From contig JBHLOI010000009.1 of the NCBI GenBank assembly GCA_048940645.1, forward strand, positions 25,449 through 89,448: DNA of 64,000 nt. Direction: 5' to 3'. Under the pieces are notes generated by a model. It was not told the DNA's origin. It was given only the letters and a program-made list of their open reading frames with translations, and made no database searches. The DNA is from Promethearchaeota archaeon (GTDB taxonomy: Archaea > Asgardarchaeota > Lokiarchaeia > Sigyniarchaeales > SOKP01). The translations under genes and the position numbers were made by a program. Of this stretch, positions 18,850-29,400 are shown piece by piece; positions within the stretch are counted from its first letter, which is position 1, and the number at the start of each line of letters is the position of its first letter.

Positions 18850-20892
18850 TTGAAAAGAAAATTCATTTATTTATTTTTAATATTCATTCTCTCTCTTAAT
18901 ATGACCCTTATTTTTCCTAATAACACTATGAATGAACCTTTTACAAATTCTAACATACCAGAAGAAGGGGTATTTCGATTATCTTCGATAAACGAATGGG
19001 ATTCTGATGGAAAAGAAATATGTACAGCAGTTTATAATCAAACAAATCCTCAAATATGCTATGATGGGGCAGGGGGTGCTATTATTATATGGGAAGATTT
19101 AAGAAATCCGGTTACACAGAAGGATATCTATGCTCAAAAAATTGATTCAAATGGAAATAAGTTATGGGACAATAATGGAGAAGCTGTATGTACGTCAATT
19201 ACATCTCAAATAAATCCTCAAATTTGTAGTGATGGAAATGGAGGAGCAATTATAACATGGCAGGATTTTAGAAGTGCCACTGATTTCGATATTTATACTC
19301 AAAGCATCGATTCCAATGGAAATATAAAATGGAATATTAATTGTATTCCCATTTGCACTTCGGAAAATAACCAATATGCTCCCCAAATTTGCATTGATGG
19401 AGTCGGGGGCGCTATTATAACATGGTATGATAATAGAAGTGGTGACTTTGATATTTATGCTCAACGAATTGATATCGATGGAAATATAAAATGGAATCCT
19501 AATGGTACTTTAATTTGTACAGAGATAAATGACCAATCATTACCTCAGATTTGCAGTGATGAAAACGGAGGAGCAATTATTACATGGCAAGATTATAGAA
19601 ATGGTGTTCCTGCATTTGCTGATATATATTCTCAAAAAATAAATTCAACTGGAGAAGTGAAATGGACTATTAATGGAGAAGCTATATGCACAGAGAATGG
19701 AGTTCAAGCTAATGCTCAATTATGTAGTGATAAAACTGGAGGGGCAATTATTACCTGGCAGGATTTTAGGAATTTTGCAGATTATGATATTTATGTTCAA
19801 AGGGTTAATTCTACAGGTAGTGTGAAATGGGTTATTGAGGGGTTAACTATCTGTGCTGCAAGTGATGACCAAGAGAATCCAAAGTTATGCACAGATGGAA
19901 TTGGAGGTGCTATAATTACATGGGAAGATTATAGAGATGGTATAGATTATGATCTATATGCCCAAATGGCTAATTCCAACGGAAATATTACATGGATACC
20001 TAATGGGGTAGTCATTTGCACCATAGCCAATGATCAAACTAATCCTCAAATTTGTAGTGATGGAGGTGGAGGTGCTATTATAACATGGCAAGATTATAGA
20101 AGCGCTATAAACTATGATATTTACTCTCAGCGAGTAAATACTAACGGGAATATGACATGGACTGAAAATGGTGCTCCTATATGTACTTCAAACAATGATC
20201 AAAAAAACCCTCAAATTTGTGTCGATGGAACTGGAGGAGCAATTATTAGTTGGCAAGATTACAGATATGGATCAGATTACGATATTTTCGCTCAAAATAT
20301 AAAGAATGAAGCACCATTTAGTATTTGGGATTTCTTAATAGAATATGGTTTATATATTGGTATCGGTATAGCTTTACTTGCTCTTATTACTGCTATTGCT
20401 CTTCGAAGGAAATCAATAAAAGGGAGGAGACTCCGTGTATTTATTAGTCATGCTGTGGCTGATTTTGAGGTATATAAAATTAAAGAAATAGCTGAATATT
20501 TAGAGAAACAAAAGGAAATATCCGATGTATATTATTGTGAAGAGGATCTTGTAGGTAATATTGATGATTGGATGAAGAGGACTGTACCTCGTTGTCAACT
20601 TTTAATCTTTTTTTCCTCCGATAATTCTTTAAAATCAAGAGATTGTATGAATGAATTAAAACTAGCACGAAAATATAATATTCAAATCACCCCAATTTTA
20701 GGAACTAATCTAAGATGGGAAGATCTAGAAGGACTAAATATTAACAGAGAACTTGGAATGGTATACGATCCAGCTGAATTTGATAAGTTTCGCAAGGATC
20801 TGAATAACTATGTCTTAAAATTTAAAGAAGACTTAGAAAAAGAAATCCTTGAAAAAAAAGAAGGAAGGAAAGAGAAGAAAATGAAAACCTAA
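18850..20892 (+). CDS. Single-pass receptor-like protein: signal peptide, 8 beta-propeller-like repeats, TM helix, cytoplasmic TIR domain
   Basis: Eight ~55-aa repeats (ICT-x4-Q-x2-PQIC-x-DG-x-GGAIITWQD-x-R...DIYAQ); TM GLYIGIGIALLALITAIAL then RRK; TIR VFISHA ... SRDCMNEL-x2-A ... ITPI. Confidence 0.88.
   Translation: MKRKFIYLFLIFILSLNMTLIFPNNTMNEPFTNSNIPEEGVFRLSSINEWDSDGKEICTAVYNQTNPQICYDGAGGAIIIWEDLRNPVTQKDIYAQKIDSNGNKLWDNNGEAVCTSITSQINPQICSDGNGGAIITWQDFRSATDFDIYTQSIDSNGNIKWNINCIPICTSENNQYAPQICIDGVGGAIITWYDNRSGDFDIYAQRIDIDGNIKWNPNGTLICTEINDQSLPQICSDENGGAIITWQDYRNGVPAFADIYSQKINSTGEVKWTINGEAICTENGVQANAQLCSDKTGGAIITWQDFRNFADYDIYVQRVNSTGSVKWVIEGLTICAASDDQENPKLCTDGIGGAIITWEDYRDGIDYDLYAQMANSNGNITWIPNGVVICTIANDQTNPQICSDGGGGAIITWQDYRSAINYDIYSQRVNTNGNMTWTENGAPICTSNNDQKNPQICVDGTGGAIISWQDYRYGSDYDIFAQNIKNEAPFSIWDFLIEYGLYIGIGIALLALITAIALRRKSIKGRRLRVFISHAVADFEVYKIKEIAEYLEKQKEISDVYYCEEDLVGNIDDWMKRTVPRCQLLIFFSSDNSLKSRDCMNELKLARKYNIQITPILGTNLRWEDLEGLNINRELGMVYDPAEFDKFRKDLNNYVLKFKEDLEKEILEKKEGRKEKKMKT
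18997..20300 (+). repeat. Intragenic tandem repeat, 8 x about 165 bp
   Basis: GGAII motif occurs eight times at ~55-aa spacing. Confidence 0.85.
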
Positions 20893-21044
20893 TTAAGATA
20901 TAATTTTTTTTACTTTTTTTCGACATTTTAACAGTTTTGTTAATTAGTATCACTAATAAAGTAAGAAAATTGCTTAAATCTTAAAAAAAAATCTTCTTCT
21001 GGTAAAAATATGGGAAATATAAAATAAAAATTAGATTTTGTTTT

Positions 21045-22772
21045 TTAAAAAATACCTGCATCTTTGAGAATTTTCTTATGATCAAATGCTAAGTCCATAG
21101 TTCTAATCTTATCAATTGGGATTGTTTCAGCTGAAACTGCATCATCTCCACCTGCCATTCTTGAAAGATCTCGTACAAGGCGACATTTGAATGCTGTCGA
21201 TACGATTTTACCTCGGGGATCACGTCCTTTCTGATCATATACTCCAATCTTATCAATAATTTCTACGACAAGATTAGTCTCTTCTCTAACTTCTCTGATT
21301 ATTGCTTGTTCAGGATCTTCGTTATATTTAATAAAACCACCGGGGAGTGCATACTTTCCTTTAAAAGGGGCATACTTTCTTTTAATTAATATTATATTTT
21401 GATTATCATCTTGAATAACCGCATCAGCTGTATATCCATATTCCGAGGACTTGGATTTTATTCTGCTATAAATAAAATATCCTATTGTTATAATTAAGAA
21501 AATTCCCAAAATTACCGAAATAATTAAATGCATTAATACAGATCCAGGGTCTAAAGCACTTACGCTTGAAGCAATTCTAATTGCATTTACATAATCTATT
21601 ATAAATCCTGCACCTAATATGACTTGTAAGTAATATAAAGCTTTTTTAGTTCTTTTTTGGATTGCTTCGCTCCTTTTAATATATAATTCCTGCATTGAAT
21701 CATAAAGCATTTTGAATTTTTCATTTGTTCTATTAATAATTACTTCCAAACGGAATTTTCTTATCAAATGCGTTAAAACTCTTGTATAATGTTGACGTGG
21801 GTTCCAATCTAATTCACTATAGATAAGACTCATCTTCGTTTGAATCATCCCCCTTAAAAACCTAAGATTCTTAGTTTTCTCCTCGATCTTTTGTAAACTC
21901 ATAAATACGTCGGAATAGCGTTTCATAAATAAAACGTCAAGTGAATTATTGATTGACATTAAAGCGAAAAGAACAGCCCTCATCTTAGGGGTAGGTTCTA
22001 AGATATGGTCTTTTATATATGGAAACTCTGTTTCATAATTTCTTTCTACCATATAAATGAATCCAGAATTTCTTTTAATATAGTGTAATTCAGATAAGCG
22101 ATTAGATAGATTTTTTTTAACTCTTCTTTCAAAATAGTTCTCGCTATAATCACCCCATTGACCTGCATATACCTGAGTCCAATATCCGAGAGCCTCCTTA
22201 TATCTATCTATACTTTCCTCATTCCATTGAACTTCCATAGGTAGGGTTTTATTAGAGATAACGAAAACGTATATCGGACTTTCTGTATCAAGAAGAAGGA
22301 ACTGATTTTCTCTCTTTTTTCCAAATTTTTTAAGGATATCAATCGTTATAAAGGGAATCTGTTGAATCAAGTCCGATGTAATTTTTTCTTTCTTATATGG
22401 CTCATTTTTATAGTATTCGACTTCTAACTTGAAATAACCAAGTGTATTATAGACTAAATCTCTATTATCTTCAGTATACGGGTTATTTTCATCAGTATAA
22501 GGGAAATTTTGAAAAAATGGCTCCCAATCGCACTCAATTGAAATAGAATTGGCCATTTCCCTCAATATCTGCTTTTTTTCTTCAGCATAAGGATATTTTT
22601 CTAAATATATAAATGCTTTCTTAAGATCATTTTCATTTAGGTTTTTTAATCTCTCCAATAAAAGAGCTTCTATTTCTTCTGCCTTAGTTTCTCCAATGAA
22701 CTCGTTTGTATTAATAAACGCACTAATATACCAGAATTCTTTTGCATAAACAAACCGTAACTTTTCTTCCAT
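21045..22772 (-). CDS. CorA/RMD1-like two-TM membrane protein fused to a C-terminal ADP-ribose-type Nudix hydrolase
   Basis: Large soluble N-domain, long amphipathic stalk into two TMs, then TADAVI..LIKR..PFKG-x-YALPGGF, Nudix box G-x5-E-x7-REVREE, RDPR and LAFDH (COG1051/NrtR-type). Confidence 0.8.
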   Translation of the reverse strand: MEEKLRFVYAKEFWYISAFINTNEFIGETKAEEIEALLLERLKNLNENDLKKAFIYLEKYPYAEEKKQILREMANSISIECDWEPFFQNFPYTDENNPYTEDNRDLVYNTLGYFKLEVEYYKNEPYKKEKITSDLIQQIPFITIDILKKFGKKRENQFLLLDTESPIYVFVISNKTLPMEVQWNEESIDRYKEALGYWTQVYAGQWGDYSENYFERRVKKNLSNRLSELHYIKRNSGFIYMVERNYETEFPYIKDHILEPTPKMRAVLFALMSINNSLDVLFMKRYSDVFMSLQKIEEKTKNLRFLRGMIQTKMSLIYSELDWNPRQHYTRVLTHLIRKFRLEVIINRTNEKFKMLYDSMQELYIKRSEAIQKRTKKALYYLQVILGAGFIIDYVNAIRIASSVSALDPGSVLMHLIISVILGIFLIITIGYFIYSRIKSKSSEYGYTADAVIQDDNQNIILIKRKYAPFKGKYALPGGFIKYNEDPEQAIIREVREETNLVVEIIDKIGVYDQKGRDPRGKIVSTAFKCRLVRDLSRMAGGDDAVSAETIPIDKIRTMDLAFDHKKILKDAGIF

Positions 22773-22966
22773 TCTCTTTTGCCCTCATTTTATTTACATG
22801 AGATAAAGTTGTTAAATTATAATTATACTGTTATATTATTTATTACTTTTTTTTTAATAAAAATAATATTAGTTATCAATTTAAATTAAGATTTTATTAC
22901 TGATTTTTATAAAACTTTTATATAAAAACGGATAAGGATATTTTATATAAAAAAAAGGTAATTGAA

Positions 22967-24325
22967 ATGAATGAAGTAAAAAAATCTCCCAAGTTAAAAC
23001 GTAAAGTTTCTCTATTTGCATTGACTATATATGGAGTGGGTAATGTACTTGGAGCAGGAATTTATGCATTAATTGGACAAGTTGTAGGGATAACGGGCAA
23101 TCTTTCATGGCTAGCATTTATTTTAGCAGCTATTACTGGTGCATTTACAGGACTATCTTATGCTGAACTTTCAGCTATGTATCCTAAGAGTGCAGCCGAA
23201 TTTGTTTATACAGAAGAAGCATTTAAAGTGCGAATTTTATCATTTATTTTAGGATGGATCATCATCTTTTCAGGTATATTTTCTGCCGCTACGGTTGCAC
23301 TGGGTTTTGCTGGATATATCTCAGAGATATTGGGATTTGATTTGGCAATTATAAAAATTATATTCGCTATTGCTTTAATCCTCGAATTGAGCATTATCAA
23401 CTTTATTGGTATAAAAACTTCCACCTGGACAAATGTCATATTTACATTAATAGAAGCTTTCGGTTTAATATTCATAATTGTTATTGGTATCCCAAAATTT
23501 GGTACTGTAAATTATTATGAATTGCCCACCCTTTCAGTTATGCCTATCTTATCTGCAGTAGCGTTAATATTTTTTGCATATATAGGCTTTGAAGATATTG
23601 CTAATATTGCTGAGGAGGTTAAAGAACCCCAAAGGAATCTTCCTAAGGGTATAATATATTCCATAATAATTACTACAGTACTGTATTGCCTAACAGCTCT
23701 CTCAGTTGTTAGTATCGCACCATATAGTGATATTGCCAATTCTGAAGCTCCATTGAATTATGTTGCTAGAGTTGCTATAGGCCCCATAGGAGGAATAATA
23801 ATGTCTATTATAGCATTATTTGCTACTGCGAATACAGTTTTAATAATGTTAATTGTAACTTCAAGAATGATGTATGGAATGGCAAGAGATAAAGCATTAC
23901 CAGAATCTTTATGCAAAATCTCACGAACATACAGAACTCCAACTATCTCGGTTCTACTGACAATGATATTTGCAATTATTCCTGTCTTTTTCGGAGATAT
24001 TGAAATTGTGGCACAAGCTACTGTTTTTGGAGTCTTAATTACCTTCTTCTTAGTAAATATTAGCTTAATTGCATTGAGAAGAAGTCGACCAGACGCTGAA
24101 AGACCGTTCAAATTGAAGCCATCTATTAGTTGGGTTCCATTAGTTGCCTTATTTGGAGCTATAATATGTCTATCATTATTATTTACATTTAATTGGCTGA
24201 TAGTTTTAATTCAAATAATAATAATTGCATGTGGAATAGTTGTTTTCTATGTCATGAAATATGTAACAAAGATAGAAACAAAAGCTTTATCAAAAATTCA
24301 AGCAAAAAGTACTACAAATAAATAA
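22967..24325 (+). CDS. APC-family amino acid permease
   Basis: GAGIY, YAELS, FAYIGFE, AEEVKEP, RPFK; 12 TMs. Confidence 0.94.
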   Translation: MNEVKKSPKLKRKVSLFALTIYGVGNVLGAGIYALIGQVVGITGNLSWLAFILAAITGAFTGLSYAELSAMYPKSAAEFVYTEEAFKVRILSFILGWIIIFSGIFSAATVALGFAGYISEILGFDLAIIKIIFAIALILELSIINFIGIKTSTWTNVIFTLIEAFGLIFIIVIGIPKFGTVNYYELPTLSVMPILSAVALIFFAYIGFEDIANIAEEVKEPQRNLPKGIIYSIIITTVLYCLTALSVVSIAPYSDIANSEAPLNYVARVAIGPIGGIIMSIIALFATANTVLIMLIVTSRMMYGMARDKALPESLCKISRTYRTPTISVLLTMIFAIIPVFFGDIEIVAQATVFGVLITFFLVNISLIALRRSRPDAERPFKLKPSISWVPLVALFGAIICLSLLFTFNWLIVLIQIIIIACGIVVFYVMKYVTKIETKALSKIQAKSTTNK

Positions 24326-24391
24326 TCACTTTTTTCTTTTTAGAAATAGGAATTCTAAAGATTTTTAAAAGAAAATTTTGATATTATTTTT

Positions 24392-25141
24392 ATGACCTAT
24401 ACATCATTTAATAACTATATTTTACCAATATTCTTCTATTATATTGGCCTTATTGTTTTCAGTATCATTATGACAGTATTAATGATAAAGAAGTGGAGAG
24501 AGCGAAAAGTAAACCCCCCATTTTATCTTTCTATCGTATTTGCCTTATTTACAGTTGCATTAATAGCTCTTACTATTGGCTTAGGTGAAGCGGTAGTAAC
24601 TCGTTTTTTTAAAGAAATATATAGAATATCCTTACCAGTTGCCTATAGTGTTATTATCATAGCAGATATTTTTTTATTTATTTTTGGGAAAGAAATTACC
24701 AATAAAGGTAAAAATGCATTAATTCCTTTAATTGTTCTTGGAGCCGCTATAATTGCCATTTTATTCCTTCCCTGGAACTGGTGGGGTGTCCCTCCTGAAG
24801 ATTATGCTGGGCAGCTAAACATCCGTCTTTACTCAACGCTTTCTGTCATCCTTTACTCGTATGTTATTTACATCTTCATCGCAATGGTTTGTATAAAAGC
24901 AAGAAAACAAGCAAAAGAGGCTAAAGTAAAAGCAGGTTTGACACTCCTATTTTTATCTATGATTTCTATGATAGCATTCTTTTTAATGTTTATTTTTGAT
25001 ACTTTACTTATCACATTAGTAAATCATCCCGGTTATTCTGAATTCGTTTACATTGCTTGGATTTTCGCGATTTTGTTTTTCGTGTTTACGTATCTGTCAT
25101 TGATCATGCCAAAATGGCTTGTAGACAGGATTGAAAAATAA
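24392..25141 (+). CDS. 7-TM membrane protein of unknown function
   Basis: Seven hydrophobic helices ending in MPKWL; no soluble output domain. Confidence 0.75.
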   Translation: MTYTSFNNYILPIFFYYIGLIVFSIIMTVLMIKKWRERKVNPPFYLSIVFALFTVALIALTIGLGEAVVTRFFKEIYRISLPVAYSVIIIADIFLFIFGKEITNKGKNALIPLIVLGAAIIAILFLPWNWWGVPPEDYAGQLNIRLYSTLSVILYSYVIYIFIAMVCIKARKQAKEAKVKAGLTLLFLSMISMIAFFLMFIFDTLLITLVNHPGYSEFVYIAWIFAILFFVFTYLSLIMPKWLVDRIEK

Positions 25142-25198
25142 TTAATAATTTTTTCTTCATTTTTTTATTTAGTTAACAGCTCGAAATTATTTCTTTAA

Positions 25199-26347
25199 TT
25201 ATTTACTTTCAAGAGCTTCCAGTAGAAAATCCGTTATATATTTGATTTCCTTATCAGATTGAGTTTTATAGTTTACATAACGATAATTAAATACACATAG
25301 AGGACAGGAACTAATGAGTTCTTTTGTTTTGACTTCTTGAAATATTCTTTTACCAATTTTTATTGAAATAGAGCTGTCTACACCTCGAATTCCTGAACCA
25401 GCGCCACAGCAAGGAGTTTCATTACGATTATTCTTTAATTCATGTATTTTTGAACCTGCTTTTTTCAATAATTCTCTTGGCTCCTTATAAATTGTTCTAT
25501 TTTTTAACTTTCTTCCGGCTCGACAAGGATCGTGATAAGTTAATTCTCTCTTTAAGGTATTAAATTTAATTTTTCCACTTTTTTCTAATTCATCTATAAT
25601 CTCAATTACATGTTTAACATGAATATTCCATCCGTCAACGTATTTAGGGTATACGTTATTAAAAGCATATAAACATCCGCCGCAAGTTACAATAAGATTT
25701 TTAATCTTATTTTTTTTGAATATTTCAAAATTTTCTTCGAAAATCTGCTTAGCAAGTTCTAGTTTTCCAGCAGAATAGACATATTCTCCACAGCATGGTT
25801 CTTTTTCTAATATTTTAAAATTGTAATTACATGTTCTTAGAAATTCATATGAGGTACTCGCGCTTTCTTTTACCCGAAATGAAGACATGCATCCAAGAAA
25901 TAATAAGTTATCTGAATCTTTTTTCTCAAAAATTTCATTTTCTCTATAATTCTTAGGAAGCCAATTTAACCTTTCGTTTGGATCTCCATTAACAGAATTA
26001 TGCGAATCTTCGATTCCTTTTATGATTTTATTATGAATGTCCAATGGGCCTACATTTTTTTCTATAAGTTTTATTTTGGAAGAATGAATAATTTCAGAAA
26101 TCTCAATGTTTTGCTCACAAAAAAGATTACATAAACCACATAAAGTACACGTATAGATGCTATGGAGGTCCTCTTGAGTAATATTTTCATTAGTATAAAT
26201 TTTATGCGCAATTTTAAGCCTTCCATTCGGTGATTGGAGTTCATTCTGGGTTACATTATAAGTTTCACATACTTCCATACAGCTTTTACAGTCTACACAA
26301 GATTCTATTTTTTCTAAAGTATATTTGTCATCCATACTATAATCCAA
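25199..26347 (-). CDS. HdrD/GlpC-like Fe-S oxidoreductase with CCG domains
   Basis: Two CxxCxxCxxxC motifs, CCGE, YHDPC, CCGAG, CPLC. Confidence 0.92.
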   Translation of the reverse strand: MDYSMDDKYTLEKIESCVDCKSCMEVCETYNVTQNELQSPNGRLKIAHKIYTNENITQEDLHSIYTCTLCGLCNLFCEQNIEISEIIHSSKIKLIEKNVGPLDIHNKIIKGIEDSHNSVNGDPNERLNWLPKNYRENEIFEKKDSDNLLFLGCMSSFRVKESASTSYEFLRTCNYNFKILEKEPCCGEYVYSAGKLELAKQIFEENFEIFKKNKIKNLIVTCGGCLYAFNNVYPKYVDGWNIHVKHVIEIIDELEKSGKIKFNTLKRELTYHDPCRAGRKLKNRTIYKEPRELLKKAGSKIHELKNNRNETPCCGAGSGIRGVDSSISIKIGKRIFQEVKTKELISSCPLCVFNYRYVNYKTQSDKEIKYITDFLLEALESK

Positions 26348-26482
26348 ATTTTAATTTAATAAAATATTTTTCTTAATTTCGAGTTAAATAAACTAAATTT
26401 TTTTTACATAATTATAAACATTTTTAAACAATTACATCATAATTTTAATTTAAAAGAAATTCAATTAATAGGGTTTATCTAA

Positions 26483-29400
26483 ATGTCAAAGAAGAGATTC
26501 ATTATTCTATGTCTAATGGTTGTTCTATTTTTAAGTTGTAATTTTACTCTGAATATGGTTAATTTTGAGAATAAAATGATTTTTCAAAAAGAGCTTTGTC
26601 TTAAAAGTTCTGGTTACTGGGTTCTTAATAGTATTATTATCGATGATACAGGGGGAGGAGATTACCTATGGATAACAGCAGCAGCTGAAGATTGGTGTAG
26701 CGGTAGTGGCACATGGAATAACCCTTACGTAATTGAGAATGTCACATTTAATGCTAACAATGCAGGTAGTGGCTTATTAATTCGTAACTCAAATAAATAT
26801 TTTATAGTCAGAAATTGTACTTTTCATAATTCAGGTTCTTTCACAGGGGAATATAACGATGCAGGGCTTAGTCTAAATAATACTAAGAATGGTAAACTTA
26901 TCGATAATGAATGCTCATTTAATAATGGATATGGAATCTCCTTAGATTGGAATAGCGATAATAATACTGTTGAAGGAAATATCCTAAAAAATAATTCAAT
27001 TGATGGGGCGATTTTAAGATATAGTTATAACATTACTTTTTCAAGAAATACCGCAATATTTAATGTTGGAACTGGAATTACTACACTTGGAGCTAATAAT
27101 TCTAAAATTTTTCAAAATACAGCTATATATAATCAGGCTGGTATATGTATTGCTAGTGGGAGTAAAAATATTACAGTATCTGATAATATTATAAGGCATA
27201 ATACAATTGAGGGACTCTATTTAAGGGTAGGATCTACGAATAATACGTTTAAAAATAATCTAATATCATATAATGGCTTAGGCAACGGGTATGGGATAGG
27301 ACTAAGAATGGATGGCACCACTTTTAATAAAATCTTAAATAATGATATAAAAGACAATAGGAACGGGATTGAAATGCTTACTTATGATAATAATCATCAT
27401 AATATCATCTTTAATAATGAAATAGAAGATAATGAACTATATGGATTAAGTATCCAAAATGGCAGTAATGATAATCTTATATATGGGAATCTTTTTAGTA
27501 ATAGTCCAAATAATGCTTTTGACAATGGAGCTAATAACAGTTGGGACAATGGAGTCTTAGGGAATTGTTGGGATGATTATAATGGCACTGGTCCATATAT
27601 CATTTGGGGGAATGCAGGGAGTCAAGATAATTTTCCAATGTTTAACAATTACAATATTCCAGGTGATATTGGTATTATTCCCTTAAATCAGACTATTAAA
27701 ATCGGTTTAATTAATGATATGAATCATATAACTGGAAAAGATACTTTGAAGGGAGCTAACTTGGCAGCCAAAGAAGTCAATGAAGCTGGTGGAGTCTTAA
27801 TTAATGGTTCTATCTTCTATATAGGTCTTACGTCACATAATACTTTTGAGTATGAAATACCTCTTAATATAAATAACGGAGTTAACGCTGTCTATAATAT
27901 GATTTCTAATTACAATCCAGATTTTATTATTGGAGGAACACAATATGATGCAGTAAATGCATACACTGAAACTATTATGGATGCTAAAATTCCATTTATT
28001 TCAACAGGATGTAGTTTAAATACTCTTACTCAAAATGTAATAGATAATTATAATCGGTATAAATATTTTTTCAGGGCAATGATTAATGCTTCACAAATAT
28101 TCACAGAACTAATGAACTTTCAAGCATACCTAACTAACTATTTAAGTAGTCCATCAATTTTAAATAGACCAATTAATAAAATAGCATTTCTTTATGAAGA
28201 TTTATATTATTATTCTAATCTTATGAACACACTAAAAACTTATTTACCTATAGTTGGGATAGAAATTGTAAAAGAGATTAAGTATGACTCAAGCACTAGT
28301 AAAAGTGAATTTGAACAATATTGGAATGAAATAGATAATGCAGGAGCTCAGCTTACGTTAGTAGGTTCTTTTTTTTCAGACAAGGTAAAGATAATCAGTG
28401 AAACTTATGGTGAAATTAAACCTAGATGCTTATTATTTAGTACATATTATAATTCGACGAAAGAATATTGGGATGGAAGCAATGGAAAATGTCAATATGA
28501 AATTTCCTATCAAAGTATCTATAACATTTCTAGAACTTCGCTAACAAAACCTTTTTGGAATAATTTTATAAATGAATATAACCATGAACCCACGTTCCAC
28601 AGTGCGAGTGCATACAATGCCATTTATCTTATCGTAAATGCAACTAAAGACAGTCAATCGTGGAGTGCTGATAAAATAGTAGGTAGCTTAGAAAAAATTA
28701 ATACATCCAATTCCTTTCCTGGAGTTTGTGGACATATAGCTTTTAAATCTTCTCATGGGATTTATAATGCTTTAGGCTATGGTTCAGGTTTAATGTGCCA
28801 ATGGCAATCAGGTGGAACTAAAGTAGTAATTCCAAATGGGAATTTGATTTATTCTGATTCCTTAGCAACTGGAAGTTTAGAAACCCCTGATTGGGGAATT
28901 AATATTCGTTTTACAATAAATTCTCCCAGTAAAAATAATGTATTTGCTGAGTTCTCCCCAGATTTTAATATTGAGATTTTAGATGCAGTAGACAAAATCT
29001 GGTACACGTTAAATTCTGGATCAGAAAAATATTTTATAACGAATAATGAAACAATTGATCAAACAGCTTGGATGGCTTTATCTGATGGGGTTGTCAAGAT
29101 TACGTTTTATTCTAATGAGACTTCAGGAGAAATCTATAGGAGATTTGTTCATGTAATAAAAGACACTGAACCTCCGCAAGTTACAATAGAACCTATGGAT
29201 ACCACTACATTTGGAAGTGAAGCACCTACGATAATACTCAATATTCAGGATACGTCTAATATAACAGAAAGTTATTATAGCTTAGATGGAGGAGTAACAA
29301 AAATACCATTTACCGGCAATGAAGTTACAATTAATCAAACGCTCTGGGATGTGTTAGGAGAAGGAATAGTAACAATTAGTTTTTACATTATCGATTCAGT

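Noticed and set aside
18997-20300. Regularly spaced repeats as a CRISPR array or diversity-generating retroelement
   Set aside because: Repeats are in-frame, degenerate at synonymous positions and about 165 bp long; no cas or reverse transcriptase gene is present.
24392-25141. Rhodopsin
   Set aside because: No retinal-binding Lys motif within helix 7.
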